A model generated the notes under the pieces. It was not told the DNA's origin and ran no database searches. It worked only from the letters and a program-made list of their open reading frames with translations. Both the position numbers and the translations under genes were made by a program. From a virus, in the IMG/VR virus record IMGVR_UViG_3300037010_002844, positions 64,001 to 128,000 of that record: a stretch of DNA of 64,000 bases; one strand, given 5' to 3'. This document shows, piece by piece, positions 43,350 through 52,013 of this stretch (positions are counted from its first letter, which is position 1; the number at the start of each line of letters is the position of its first letter).

Positions 43350-43613
43350 TCACGTCTGCTGGATGAATTGCCAGAGGGCGTCTTCAGCCACAGCGTACAT
43401 CTTCTCGTCGAGCTCAGCCAGTGTCTTGTTGGCGATCTGCATCAACTCACGGGCCTGTGACGGATTCTCAGCGCGAAGCTGGATGAACCGCTTGACGTGC
43501 TGGCGGATCCGATCAGTGCAGTCGTCCGTCGCCTGACGCACCATGAACTCTGGGACGCCGCGCATGAACTCCTCGCAGATGATCTGCCTCAGATCTCCCA
43601 GACGAACCTTCAT
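43350..43613 (-). CDS. Hypothetical small protein with the leader motif.
   Basis: MKVRLGDLRQIICEEF. 87 aa. Confidence 0.55.
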   Translation of the reverse strand: MKVRLGDLRQIICEEFMRGVPEFMVRQATDDCTDRIRQHVKRFIQLRAENPSQARELMQIANKTLAELDEKMYAVAEDALWQFIQQT

Positions 43614-43972
43614 CAGGACTCCGACTTGCCCTTCAGAGCACGAGCCCAGGCGCCCTTGACCGCGCTACCGACCTGCGACATCATGGTCTCAGTCGCGCCC
43701 TCGGCGGCCTGCTTCAACTGCTCGTAGGTCGCATCGTCAAATTCACGTGAGCCCTCGTCGTACTTGTCGGCGTGTGCCAACAGCAGTGCATGCATCACAG
43801 AATTACTGAAGTGGCGCTCGAGGTTGCCCAAGGCCTGCGAAATGTTCTGCGACTCGAGAGGATCCTTGACGGCAGTGTTGCCGGCACGAAAGAGCGCCGG
43901 CGACAGTCCGACTTCGGAGATGACACTTTCGCGGATCAGGCGACGTAGGGTTCCCAACTTGATCTTCATCAC
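43613..43972 (-). CDS. Hypothetical small protein with the leader motif.
   Basis: MMKIKLGTLRRLIRESV. 119 aa, overlapping its neighbours. Confidence 0.55.
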   Translation of the reverse strand: MMKIKLGTLRRLIRESVISEVGLSPALFRAGNTAVKDPLESQNISQALGNLERHFSNSVMHALLLAHADKYDEGSREFDDATYEQLKQAAEGATETMMSQVGSAVKGAWARALKGKSES

Positions 43973-44391
43973 AGTTCCTCTGAATCGTTGTGGTCAATGA
44001 CAGAAGCCACGGCCTCGTAGATGCCGTCTGACAGGTCGTTCAACCGCGAGCTGATCTCAACGGTAATATTTGCGCGGAGATCTTCGAGATCATCAACGTA
44101 CTCCAGCGATTCCTTGAGGGTCCGAGGAGTGATGCGGTTCAACCCATCAGACTTCCGGTAGGTCTCCTCCGCGATGATTGCGTAGGCCTTCTTTTGGAAA
44201 TTCTCGACCGCCGAGGTCGCCTCTTCGAAGACAAGCTGCGAAAGACGTTCCTGGATGACCAACTGCGTGTCGGTGTCAAATCCACTGACCATTTCCTTGA
44301 ACGAGGGCTCACGGCGCTTTTCCAGCGCCGTTTGCACTTCTTCCTGAATGATCTCGTTGATTCGGACGGCCTGCCGAGGCGTGATTCTCAT
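43969..44391 (-). CDS. Hypothetical small protein with a weaker version of the leader motif.
   Basis: MRITPRQAVRINEIIQEEV. 140 aa. Confidence 0.55.
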   Translation of the reverse strand: MRITPRQAVRINEIIQEEVQTALEKRREPSFKEMVSGFDTDTQLVIQERLSQLVFEEATSAVENFQKKAYAIIAEETYRKSDGLNRITPRTLKESLEYVDDLEDLRANITVEISSRLNDLSDGIYEAVASVIDHNDSEEL

Positions 44392-44404
44392 GCAGGTAAG
44401 TATC

Positions 44405-47400
44405 TCACCCGCATTTGCTGTTTCCGCAGTTCATGCAAGTAACGCATCCCTGCTGATAGGCGAGCGACGTCGAGGCACAGATCGGGCAACACTTTTCCTG
44501 CGTTGCCTTGGTCCCATCCACGATGTAGTGCTTGCTCAACGTTCGCGCGATAACCGTCGAGAACGAGAACAGATCGCTGTGCTTGTCCTTGCGGAGCTGC
44601 TCGACGACAAGGTGAACTGGTACTCCATGTCGAAGTGTCATCGACAAGGTTCGAGTGTGCGCTCCGTACAACGGATTGTCGAAGAGGTTGACAATGTCCT
44701 TATAGAGAAGGAAATTGTCGTCCAGGTCGACGCGGAGGTTGTACGTGGACACCCCGTCAGCGTTCTTGCCGTTCTTGATGAGGACGCCCTTCTTGGCCTT
44801 CCTCGGGACTTCAACCTGTTCTGACAGTCCGGCGAACAGCTCGTAAGGCTTGCCGTTCATGAGGCCCACGAAGACCAGGTACTTCTCACCCTTGATCGAA
44901 ACGTGGTGAATGTCACACTCCAGCTCCTTCGGACGCTTCAGAGAGTGAGACTCGGCGATATTCTTGGGTTGGTCCGCCGCTGTCTTCTTCTCGTCCTTGA
45001 TGAGGACGCCATCACGAGAACCATCTCGATAGATGGTGACGCCCTTGCAACCAGTCTCCCAACCGCGCATGTAGATCTGCTTCACCACATCGACCGGCGT
45101 GTCACTCGGAATGTTGGTGGTGTTCGAGATGGAGTGACAGACCCACTTCTGAGCTGCGGCCTGGACGTCGATCTTCTTGACCCAGTCGATGTCATTCGAC
45201 GTGGCACCGAAGTAAGGCGACTTTTCCACGTCGGTCTCACCAGTGACGTCCATCCACTTCTTGAATCCGTGGTGATAGACCGTGTACTCCTGCCACTTGT
45301 CGCCCATGGCGTCAACGAAGTCGACACGAGCATCCAAGTCATTCGGATTGATCTTCTTCCTTCGCTTGTAGCTCAGGAGGAAGGCGGGCTCGCAGCCAGA
45401 TGTAGTCTGGGTCAAGATGGAGACAGAGCCAGCTGGCGCTGTCGTCGTCAAGGCGATGTTGCGACGTCCATAGAGACGATACTGATCACGGAGCTCATGA
45501 TCAGCGTCCATCACTTGTTCAATGAAAGGATGTCCCTCTTCCACCTTGTGGGAAAAAATCGGGAAGGGACCACGATCACGTGCCATCTCAACAGTCGAGC
45601 GGTAGGCACCCAACGCGAGGCCCTTATAGATCTGCTCAGTGACGTTGATAGACTCGTCCGAACCGTACTTGATGTTGAGGTAGGCCAAGGCATCGCCCAA
45701 GGCAGTGATGCCCAAGCCGGTGCGACGACCATTGATTGCAGTGTTGCGGATCTTGGTCCATAGCTCGATTTCGGGCCGCTTCACGTCAGCGGGCTCAGGG
45801 TCATTCTCGATCTTCTGCATGATTCGATCAATGGCCTCGAGCTCCAGGTCGACGAGATCGTCCATCAACTTCTGCGCCTTCTTAACAACATCGTTGAAGC
45901 GCACGAAGTCAAAACTGGCGTGAGGAGTAAATGGATCTCTGACGAAGCGAGCGAGGTTGACGAGAAGCAAACGACATGAATCGTAAGGCGACAGCGTAAT
46001 CTCACCGCATTGTTCGCTAGCGATTATTACGTTTGCTTGATTTTGGAACTGTACAAGCTTTTCGTCACCAACATACATGCACAGTGTGTGCTCTCCGTCG
46101 ACAGTGCCGTTGTACACGTCTTCGACACCCGCGGGTTCAACGCTGATCACGCGGTGATTGTGCAATGCCGCGGCCTCTTTCAGGGCAGACCAGGACGCAA
46201 AACCGTTTTTGGTACCGATTCGTGCCGGCACATCCAAGCGTCGACATTCGGCAACCCACTCTCTTCCCAAGGGCTCTCTACCCAACGTAAACCTAAGTGA
46301 GGTAAAGGCGTCAAGTTGCTGTTTTCGCGTTACTTCTGCACGATCAGCGTGAAGCTTCTTCAGGTTCTCTGCCCGTGCAACGTTCTTATTGGCCTTCCTG
46401 TTTGCGTAGAGGTTGGAACACGAATGTGAGCAGAATGCCTGTTCACGTCGGCAGTACGGCAGCGCGAACATTTCGTTGCACCACTCACACGTCCGGTTGA
46501 CGTACAGCTCACCGTCGATCACATCGACATCATAACCTTCTTCAAGGGCCTGAACGTACGTACGTTGAATCCTCGTGTCGAGTTCTGGTGTTGAGATGTC
46601 GACCTCTCGAGCCGCCCAGCACGACAGGTCGTAGAAGCTTCCCAGCTCGCTGCGACGCCAGGCCGAAAACGACATCGGCAGCGACCGTTGTTTAGCGTAA
46701 GCGTACCACTCGTTCAGTGAAACGCGGCGGCCGAGCGACCGGGTCAACCCCAGCACGTGTTGGCGGATGTCATCATTGGTGACGTTGTCATAGGCACGCG
46801 GATTGTTGGCCCCACCGACGCTCTCGCTCATCTTCGCCGAATATTCAGCAAACTTGCCAGCGACTTTATGAGCAACCCAAAGTTGATCGCCATTCAACAG
46901 CTCGTCGACTCGCTTCCGGGATCCGTCACGCATGATCATCGTGTGGTTTCCGGTGGCCTTAAAAGTGTGACCTCCCTCAATGGTCACCTTGAACACAGGA
47001 ACTCCCTTACCGGTAAGCCTAGGATTCCTCATCAGGCGGATGCCAATTTTTCCTGTGGCCTCCTGGTAACAATAGACCGGCAAGTCCTTGCCTTCGTCAG
47101 CTAGCTGCTTGATGGGCACGTAACCCCTTCCGTCAGCGACGGCGATAAGAGTTTCTCCCGTAATGCACGGGTTGGTGCTCGTCGAGCCGTAACCAAACGC
47201 AGCGTAGGCATCTGCTGGCCCGCGGCGCAGGACAGTGTCCCAGAACAGCAAACCGGGTTCAGCAGATTCCCATGCTGCCTGGATGATCTCATGCCACAGT
47301 TGGCGAGCGTCTACCTGTTCCTCGACGATGTGAGGAACGTCTTTGTCAACTGGAAACCGCAGTTGAACCTGCGTACCCGCCTTAACGGCGTTCATGAACT

Positions 47401-48046
47401 CGTCTGTCAAACGAATCGATATGTTGGCGCCCGTGACCTTCTTCTTGTTCTTCTTGATGTTGATGAAGGTGCGAATCTCCGGGTGGTGCACCGACACTGT
47501 CAACATCAGCGCGCCTCGGCGGCCGCCTTGGGCCACCTCGCGACAGGTATTACTGTAGCGCTCCATGAAGATGCCCAGGCCATCGGTGGTGCGGGCAGCG
47601 TTGGCAGTCTCGATACCCTTCGGGCGAATCGTCGAGATGTCAAAACCCACGCCGCCGCGACGCTTCATGATCTGCGCCTGTTCCTGGTCAGTCTTTAGGA
47701 TGCCGCCATAGGAATCATAAGGGCTCTCGATAACGAAGCAGTTGCTCAACGACTGAAACTGGTACGGATTGCCAACTGCCGACATGGGTGATCCCTGTGG
47801 GACCACGTCCCATGAAGAGAAGAGCTCATAGATCTCTTGCTCTGACATGGCGTTCGGATACCGTGTCTCGATGCGAGCAAACTCCCGCGCCTCGCGCCGG
47901 TGCATGTCGTCAGGGGTAGCCTCGTAAATGTTTCCCTTAAGATCCTGCAGCGCATACTTGCCTGCAAAGACCTCACCCGCCAGCTCATCTCCACGAAAAT
48001 ACTCGATCGACGCATCGCGAACGTGCTGATACGTGAAAGTCCTCAT
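44405..48046 (-). CDS. nrdJ: Class II (adenosylcobalamin-dependent) ribonucleotide reductase NrdJ, interrupted by one contiguous intein.
   Basis: N-terminal YFRGDELAGEVFAGKYALQD; GGVGFDISTIRPKG; the active-site TNP[intein]CGEITL; and a C-terminal CCPICAS...CVTCMNCGNSKCG zinc module. Confidence 0.9.
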   Translation of the reverse strand: MRTFTYQHVRDASIEYFRGDELAGEVFAGKYALQDLKGNIYEATPDDMHRREAREFARIETRYPNAMSEQEIYELFSSWDVVPQGSPMSAVGNPYQFQSLSNCFVIESPYDSYGGILKTDQEQAQIMKRRGGVGFDISTIRPKGIETANAARTTDGLGIFMERYSNTCREVAQGGRRGALMLTVSVHHPEIRTFINIKKNKKKVTGANISIRLTDEFMNAVKAGTQVQLRFPVDKDVPHIVEEQVDARQLWHEIIQAAWESAEPGLLFWDTVLRRGPADAYAAFGYGSTSTNPCITGETLIAVADGRGYVPIKQLADEGKDLPVYCYQEATGKIGIRLMRNPRLTGKGVPVFKVTIEGGHTFKATGNHTMIMRDGSRKRVDELLNGDQLWVAHKVAGKFAEYSAKMSESVGGANNPRAYDNVTNDDIRQHVLGLTRSLGRRVSLNEWYAYAKQRSLPMSFSAWRRSELGSFYDLSCWAAREVDISTPELDTRIQRTYVQALEEGYDVDVIDGELYVNRTCEWCNEMFALPYCRREQAFCSHSCSNLYANRKANKNVARAENLKKLHADRAEVTRKQQLDAFTSLRFTLGREPLGREWVAECRRLDVPARIGTKNGFASWSALKEAAALHNHRVISVEPAGVEDVYNGTVDGEHTLCMYVGDEKLVQFQNQANVIIASEQCGEITLSPYDSCRLLLVNLARFVRDPFTPHASFDFVRFNDVVKKAQKLMDDLVDLELEAIDRIMQKIENDPEPADVKRPEIELWTKIRNTAINGRRTGLGITALGDALAYLNIKYGSDESINVTEQIYKGLALGAYRSTVEMARDRGPFPIFSHKVEEGHPFIEQVMDADHELRDQYRLYGRRNIALTTTAPAGSVSILTQTTSGCEPAFLLSYKRRKKINPNDLDARVDFVDAMGDKWQEYTVYHHGFKKWMDVTGETDVEKSPYFGATSNDIDWVKKIDVQAAAQKWVCHSISNTTNIPSDTPVDVVKQIYMRGWETGCKGVTIYRDGSRDGVLIKDEKKTAADQPKNIAESHSLKRPKELECDIHHVSIKGEKYLVFVGLMNGKPYELFAGLSEQVEVPRKAKKGVLIKNGKNADGVSTYNLRVDLDDNFLLYKDIVNLFDNPLYGAHTRTLSMTLRHGVPVHLVVEQLRKDKHSDLFSFSTVIARTLSKHYIVDGTKATQEKCCPICASTSLAYQQGCVTCMNCGNSKCG
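46010..47167 (-). mobile_element. 386-aa intein in the NrdJ TNPCGE active-site motif.
   Basis: Residues 294-679. Starts CITGETLIAVADG, has block B GNHTM, and ends ANVIIASEQ followed by +1 Cys. Internal modules are two homing-endonuclease-associated-repeat-like segments (LGRRVSLNEWYAYAKQRSLPMSFSAWRR; LGREPLGREWVAECRRLDVPARIGTKNGFASWSALKEAA) and one CxxC...FCSxxC zinc module. I saw no LAGLIDADG, HNH or GIY-YIG motif. Confidence 0.8.
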
Positions 48047-48128
48047 TCAGTTATTCTCCATGGCATTGAAGATGGTTTTCGCCGGCCAAGCGAAGCAGCC
48101 CATTGAGCAGACATAACTATACCGAGAT

Positions 48129-49592
48129 TCAGCTCAGCCCTGAACTGCCCGAACCTTCGCTCCCTCCGTCGCCAAAGCCGGACTTTTTCATCTTGTCGCC
48201 GAGCAGGGGGTCATTGCGAAGCTCCTTCCACTTCACGCGAAGGGCGCGCTTCACTTCATCCTCGTCTTCCTTGACGGCTGCGTCCAACGAACCGGCGTTG
48301 CCAACGATCTCGAACTTGCTTTTCGAGGTATCGATTTTTACCGAATAGACGAGGCCATCACGGCCCGCACGGTTCTTGGCGACGTAGAGGCGACCAAATC
48401 CCGTAGCCTTCTCGTGAGCGCGTCTCGAGATGCTCAACACCACGTCAGCGACCATCGCCTTGCCATAGGCCTCACTCATGTTGCCAAGGTCAACAATGTC
48501 GCTGTTGGAGCCTTCCTTGTTGGACTGCGATGCGGTCCAGATTGGGATGCTCTTCTCCGCTGAGAAACCGCGAAGTTCCTCGTAGATCAGCTTCAACTCA
48601 TGACGCAGCGAATCGTACTGCCGCGTCGATCGCATGATGTCAGCGTAGTCGATGATGATGAGGCCAGGCCTGAAGCCCTTGACGTCCAACCGCTCGATGT
48701 GATTGCGAAGGGTGTAGATACTGGCCGTGTTGGTCGGGAACTCCTTGATGATGAGGCGACCCAACTTCATGCCTTTGTAGTTGTCGAGGACTTTCTCTTT
48801 GTTGTCAATGACGTGGTTAGAGTCGATGTCACAGAGGTTTGAATCATAGCGGCGGCCGACGGCCGCCTCAGAGAGCTCAAACGTGTAGTGAAGAACGTCG
48901 ACCTGATTGCGCAGTGCGTTGGCGCCCAGGAACGTCAACATGTGGCTCTTGCCCACGCCGGTGGGAGCAACGATGACGCCGATCTCGCCGCTACCCAGGC
49001 CACCGTTGAGAATGTCCTTCTTGTCGAGCTCGTCTAGTCCCGTGGCCACGCAGTTGCGTTGAAGTTGGGTGAAGCGCGCCTCGAAGTCATTAAAGAAATC
49101 ATGGCCCAATTGTGGGGCAGTGCCCACCATCACTGCCTTCTTGATGCCTTCGACAATTGACTCGTATTTCTCGGCCTGCATGTCATCGACCGCACTCTCC
49201 AGCGCGGCCTTGAGGGCCTGCTTGCGACAGAAGTCCAGCGACTTTTCCTTGACGTACTGGAGGTCACCCGGGTCAGGGTTAGCCCGCATACGCTGCAGGT
49301 AGTCGATGATCTGATCACGGAGCACCGTGTCTGTGCCCACCTTCAACTCATCACGGATGATGGTGATGAGTAGTTGCAGGGTCGGAAAGACCTTGTATTT
49401 CTTTGCGTAACCGAAATAACGATCAGCCAAGAAGGCGAGGTACTTCAGTTCTAGATACCCATTGTCAAAAACCTCGAGCATCTGCTCGGCAAACTGCCTG
49501 TCGACCAACAAGGCCTGGACGAACTTCTCCTGAAATGACTTTCCGTACGTTCCGAATGTTGCCTTGGTGGTGATCCTGTCGTCGCTCATCAT
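48129..49592 (-). CDS. dnaB: DnaB-family replicative helicase (T4 gp41-like).
   Basis: Walker A GVIVAPTGVGKSHM, Walker B LIIIDYADIM, and a RecA-like C-terminal domain. No intein. Confidence 0.85.
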   Translation of the reverse strand: MMSDDRITTKATFGTYGKSFQEKFVQALLVDRQFAEQMLEVFDNGYLELKYLAFLADRYFGYAKKYKVFPTLQLLITIIRDELKVGTDTVLRDQIIDYLQRMRANPDPGDLQYVKEKSLDFCRKQALKAALESAVDDMQAEKYESIVEGIKKAVMVGTAPQLGHDFFNDFEARFTQLQRNCVATGLDELDKKDILNGGLGSGEIGVIVAPTGVGKSHMLTFLGANALRNQVDVLHYTFELSEAAVGRRYDSNLCDIDSNHVIDNKEKVLDNYKGMKLGRLIIKEFPTNTASIYTLRNHIERLDVKGFRPGLIIIDYADIMRSTRQYDSLRHELKLIYEELRGFSAEKSIPIWTASQSNKEGSNSDIVDLGNMSEAYGKAMVADVVLSISRRAHEKATGFGRLYVAKNRAGRDGLVYSVKIDTSKSKFEIVGNAGSLDAAVKEDEDEVKRALRVKWKELRNDPLLGDKMKKSGFGDGGSEGSGSSGLS

Positions 49593-50566
49593 TCCTCTGA
49601 TTTGTTGCCTAGGTTGTCGATGCCGTTGAACGCGTAGAAGAAACCTTCTGCATCAAAGTCATTGACGCCCTCTTTGATAAGGGCCTTGATCAGCCCCATC
49701 CTATCGATGCGGGGTCTAAATGTACTGATCAGGTGGTCAACCTTCGAAGCCTGGTGCGCTGATAGCATTGAACCATCGAGGAACACCAACTTCCAGTTAC
49801 GCTTGACCTCTTCCTCATGATCAACGATACGTTGATAGAGCACGCTCTCGTCAGCATGAGAGTGACAAAACTTGAGCACGTCCTCGAGCAACACTTCCTC
49901 TTCTAGAGACAAGAAAGGCAGCACGCGAGCGACAGTCTTGAAGCCTAAACCTTTGACGCCCGGAATGTTGTCGCTCGGGTCACCACACAGTGCCTTGGCC
50001 AAGGCGAAGTTGTGAGGCTGCACTCGGAAGTCCTTGACAACGTCTTCCGGGACGATGTAGGTCTTCTTGTGCAAATTGTAGACTCGAGTGTTCTCGTCTA
50101 GCAACTGGTACATGTCCTTGTCGCTGGAAGCGATGACCTTGGGGACAGCCTTGAAGGGACCACGAGCTAGGTAGGCGATGACATCGTCACCCTCACAGTC
50201 CGAAACGTAGATCTGACAAACCGGGCAACACTTCAGCATGCCGAGCAACGCGATGATCTGGTGCTGACGATTCTCTTCTGTGTCTGGGATGTCGTCCTCA
50301 TAGAAGCGGTTTAGCTTCCCGGGTTTTCGGTTGAGCTTGTACTCGGAATAGAGGGCTCGACGCCTCTGTGAGCCTCCGCCCTCCCAAGCGATGTAGACCG
50401 CCGAAGGTCCGATCTCGTTGACGAGACGTTGAAGCGTCTTCAGGAATCCGATGCAACCGCCCATTTGGTAGCCATGGGCGCTCATCGAGGGGTACGCACT
50501 GTAGCTACGTACGAAGAGGTTCATACTATCCACAATAAGGACAGGTCTTTGTACGTTATTTTGCAT
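49589..50566 (-). CDS. 5'-3' exonuclease / flap endonuclease (T4 RNase H-like).
   Basis: N-terminal PIN-like VLIVDSMNLFVRSY. H3TH motif GDPSDNIPGVKGLGFKTVARVL. Confidence 0.85.
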   Translation of the reverse strand: MQNNVQRPVLIVDSMNLFVRSYSAYPSMSAHGYQMGGCIGFLKTLQRLVNEIGPSAVYIAWEGGGSQRRRALYSEYKLNRKPGKLNRFYEDDIPDTEENRQHQIIALLGMLKCCPVCQIYVSDCEGDDVIAYLARGPFKAVPKVIASSDKDMYQLLDENTRVYNLHKKTYIVPEDVVKDFRVQPHNFALAKALCGDPSDNIPGVKGLGFKTVARVLPFLSLEEEVLLEDVLKFCHSHADESVLYQRIVDHEEEVKRNWKLVFLDGSMLSAHQASKVDHLISTFRPRIDRMGLIKALIKEGVNDFDAEGFFYAFNGIDNLGNKSEE

Positions 50567-50600
50567 TTCAATACCGCCTACCCAATACAGGATCTATACC

Positions 50601-51560
50601 ATGCCTACCAAGATCGTCATACCGCCAGAGAACATCAATGAGATGCGTAATTTGTTCTGTTCTGGCGCCAGCATCCCAGAGCTCATGCTAAAGTACGGTC
50701 TCTCACGGAACAAGGTCACTGCTACCCTTCAAAACGCTCTGGGCGAGGAATACACGACATATGCTCAGAAGATCATCGCCGGTTGTGCTGTAAAATCTGC
50801 TGACAAACGGCGTGGGCGCAAACAAAACCGAACTCCGAAGTGGAACGCTAAAATCGCTGATGCAAATCGAGGAAAGAAACGATTAGAAGAGACAAAAGCT
50901 AAGATCAGCGAAGCATCACGCACACGCTTCGAGCGTGGCACCTGGTCGAAAGAAAAACACATTGAGGCTATGAAGAAGGCCGTACAAACCAAGCGTAAGA
51001 ACGGCTACTTTCAGTTTCATTCACAGCGTCATTCTGAGTAGACGAAGGAACACACACCGATGCGTGGTAAGAAAATGTCAGATGAGGCGTGGCAAAAGAT
51101 GCGTAAAGCAAAAACGCTTTTTTGAACTGGGTGGTGAGCCCTCGCACTTAGATCGCATCATTCCTGCACATGAATGTCAAAAACATAGTGAAAATACCAA
51201 GCGCATGTGTGCAAATGGCAAATTTTCATACGGCGACGGTTCTGTAATGCGTAGTAAGCTCGAAAAACGTATCTACGATCAAGCGCTCACCGTCTTTCCA
51301 GACGCTCAACACTCACGTTGGCTCACTGTCAATGACACCACGTACGTCTTCGACATCTTCATCCCATCGATCAAGACGTTCATCGAAGTCAATGGGAACT
51401 ATTGGCACCTTAACTCACGGATCTACGAGGCCACACACACCACGACGCATACCGTGATGTGATGGCTTCAGAGATCTGGGAACGAGACGCTGTAAAACGT
51501 CACGTCGCTGAATCTCAAGGCTATCGTGTCATCAATCTTCCACTGCAGCCTGACGTCCAT
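50601..51560 (+). pseudogene. Decayed free-standing homing endonuclease (NUMOD3 repeats plus a Vsr-like core).
   Basis: Frame 0 has NUMOD3-like GRKQNRTPKWNAKIADANRGKK and RLEETKAKISEASR, then an in-frame TAG at 51039-51041, then GKKMSDEAWQKMRKAK. A frame change at the T6 run 51118-51123 leads to SKLEKRIYDQ...VFDIFIPSIKTFIEVNGNYWHLN. A second frame change near the (CA)n at 51431-51450 leads to EIWERDAVKRHVAESQGYRVINL. Confidence 0.65.
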
Positions 51561-51563
51561 CCG

Positions 51564-52013
51564 TCACTGCCTCCCCGTGCTACCGAAGCCGCCCTGTCCG
51601 CGATCAGTCAACGATAGCTCTTCCGAGCCCTCGAAGACCGCCTGAATAACTGGCGCAATCACCAATTGGGCAATCCTGTCGCCTTTTCGAACATAGAAGT
51701 GAGTGTTCGAAGAATTGCGCAGGATGACCTTCACCTCGCCTCGGTAGTCAGAATCAATGGTTCCTGGTGAGTTCAACACGGAGATTCCATGCTTTGCAGC
51801 CAGACCTGACCGCGATCGAACCTGTCCCTCGTACCCAGGCGGAATTTCGAGGAACAATCCCGTCGAGATCAGTGCCTGGCCATGCGCCCTGACTTCCTTG
51901 TCCTCGTCAGCAATGATGTCACAGCCCGCCGCGCCGGCCGTTTGATAGGCCGGCGCATTGGGACCGCGAAACTTGATGGTGACCTTGGTGACGAAGTAGT
52001 CCTTGTCAGTCAT
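51564..52013 (-). CDS. dut: Trimeric dUTPase.
   Basis: AGAAGCDI, GQVRSRSGLAAKHGI, PGTIDSDYRGEV and GGFGSTG motifs. I placed the start at ATG 52013 (MTDKDYF), which overlaps the recA stop (ATGACTGA). Confidence 0.9.
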   Translation of the reverse strand: MTDKDYFVTKVTIKFRGPNAPAYQTAGAAGCDIIADEDKEVRAHGQALISTGLFLEIPPGYEGQVRSRSGLAAKHGISVLNSPGTIDSDYRGEVKVILRNSSNTHFYVRKGDRIAQLVIAPVIQAVFEGSEELSLTDRGQGGFGSTGRQ

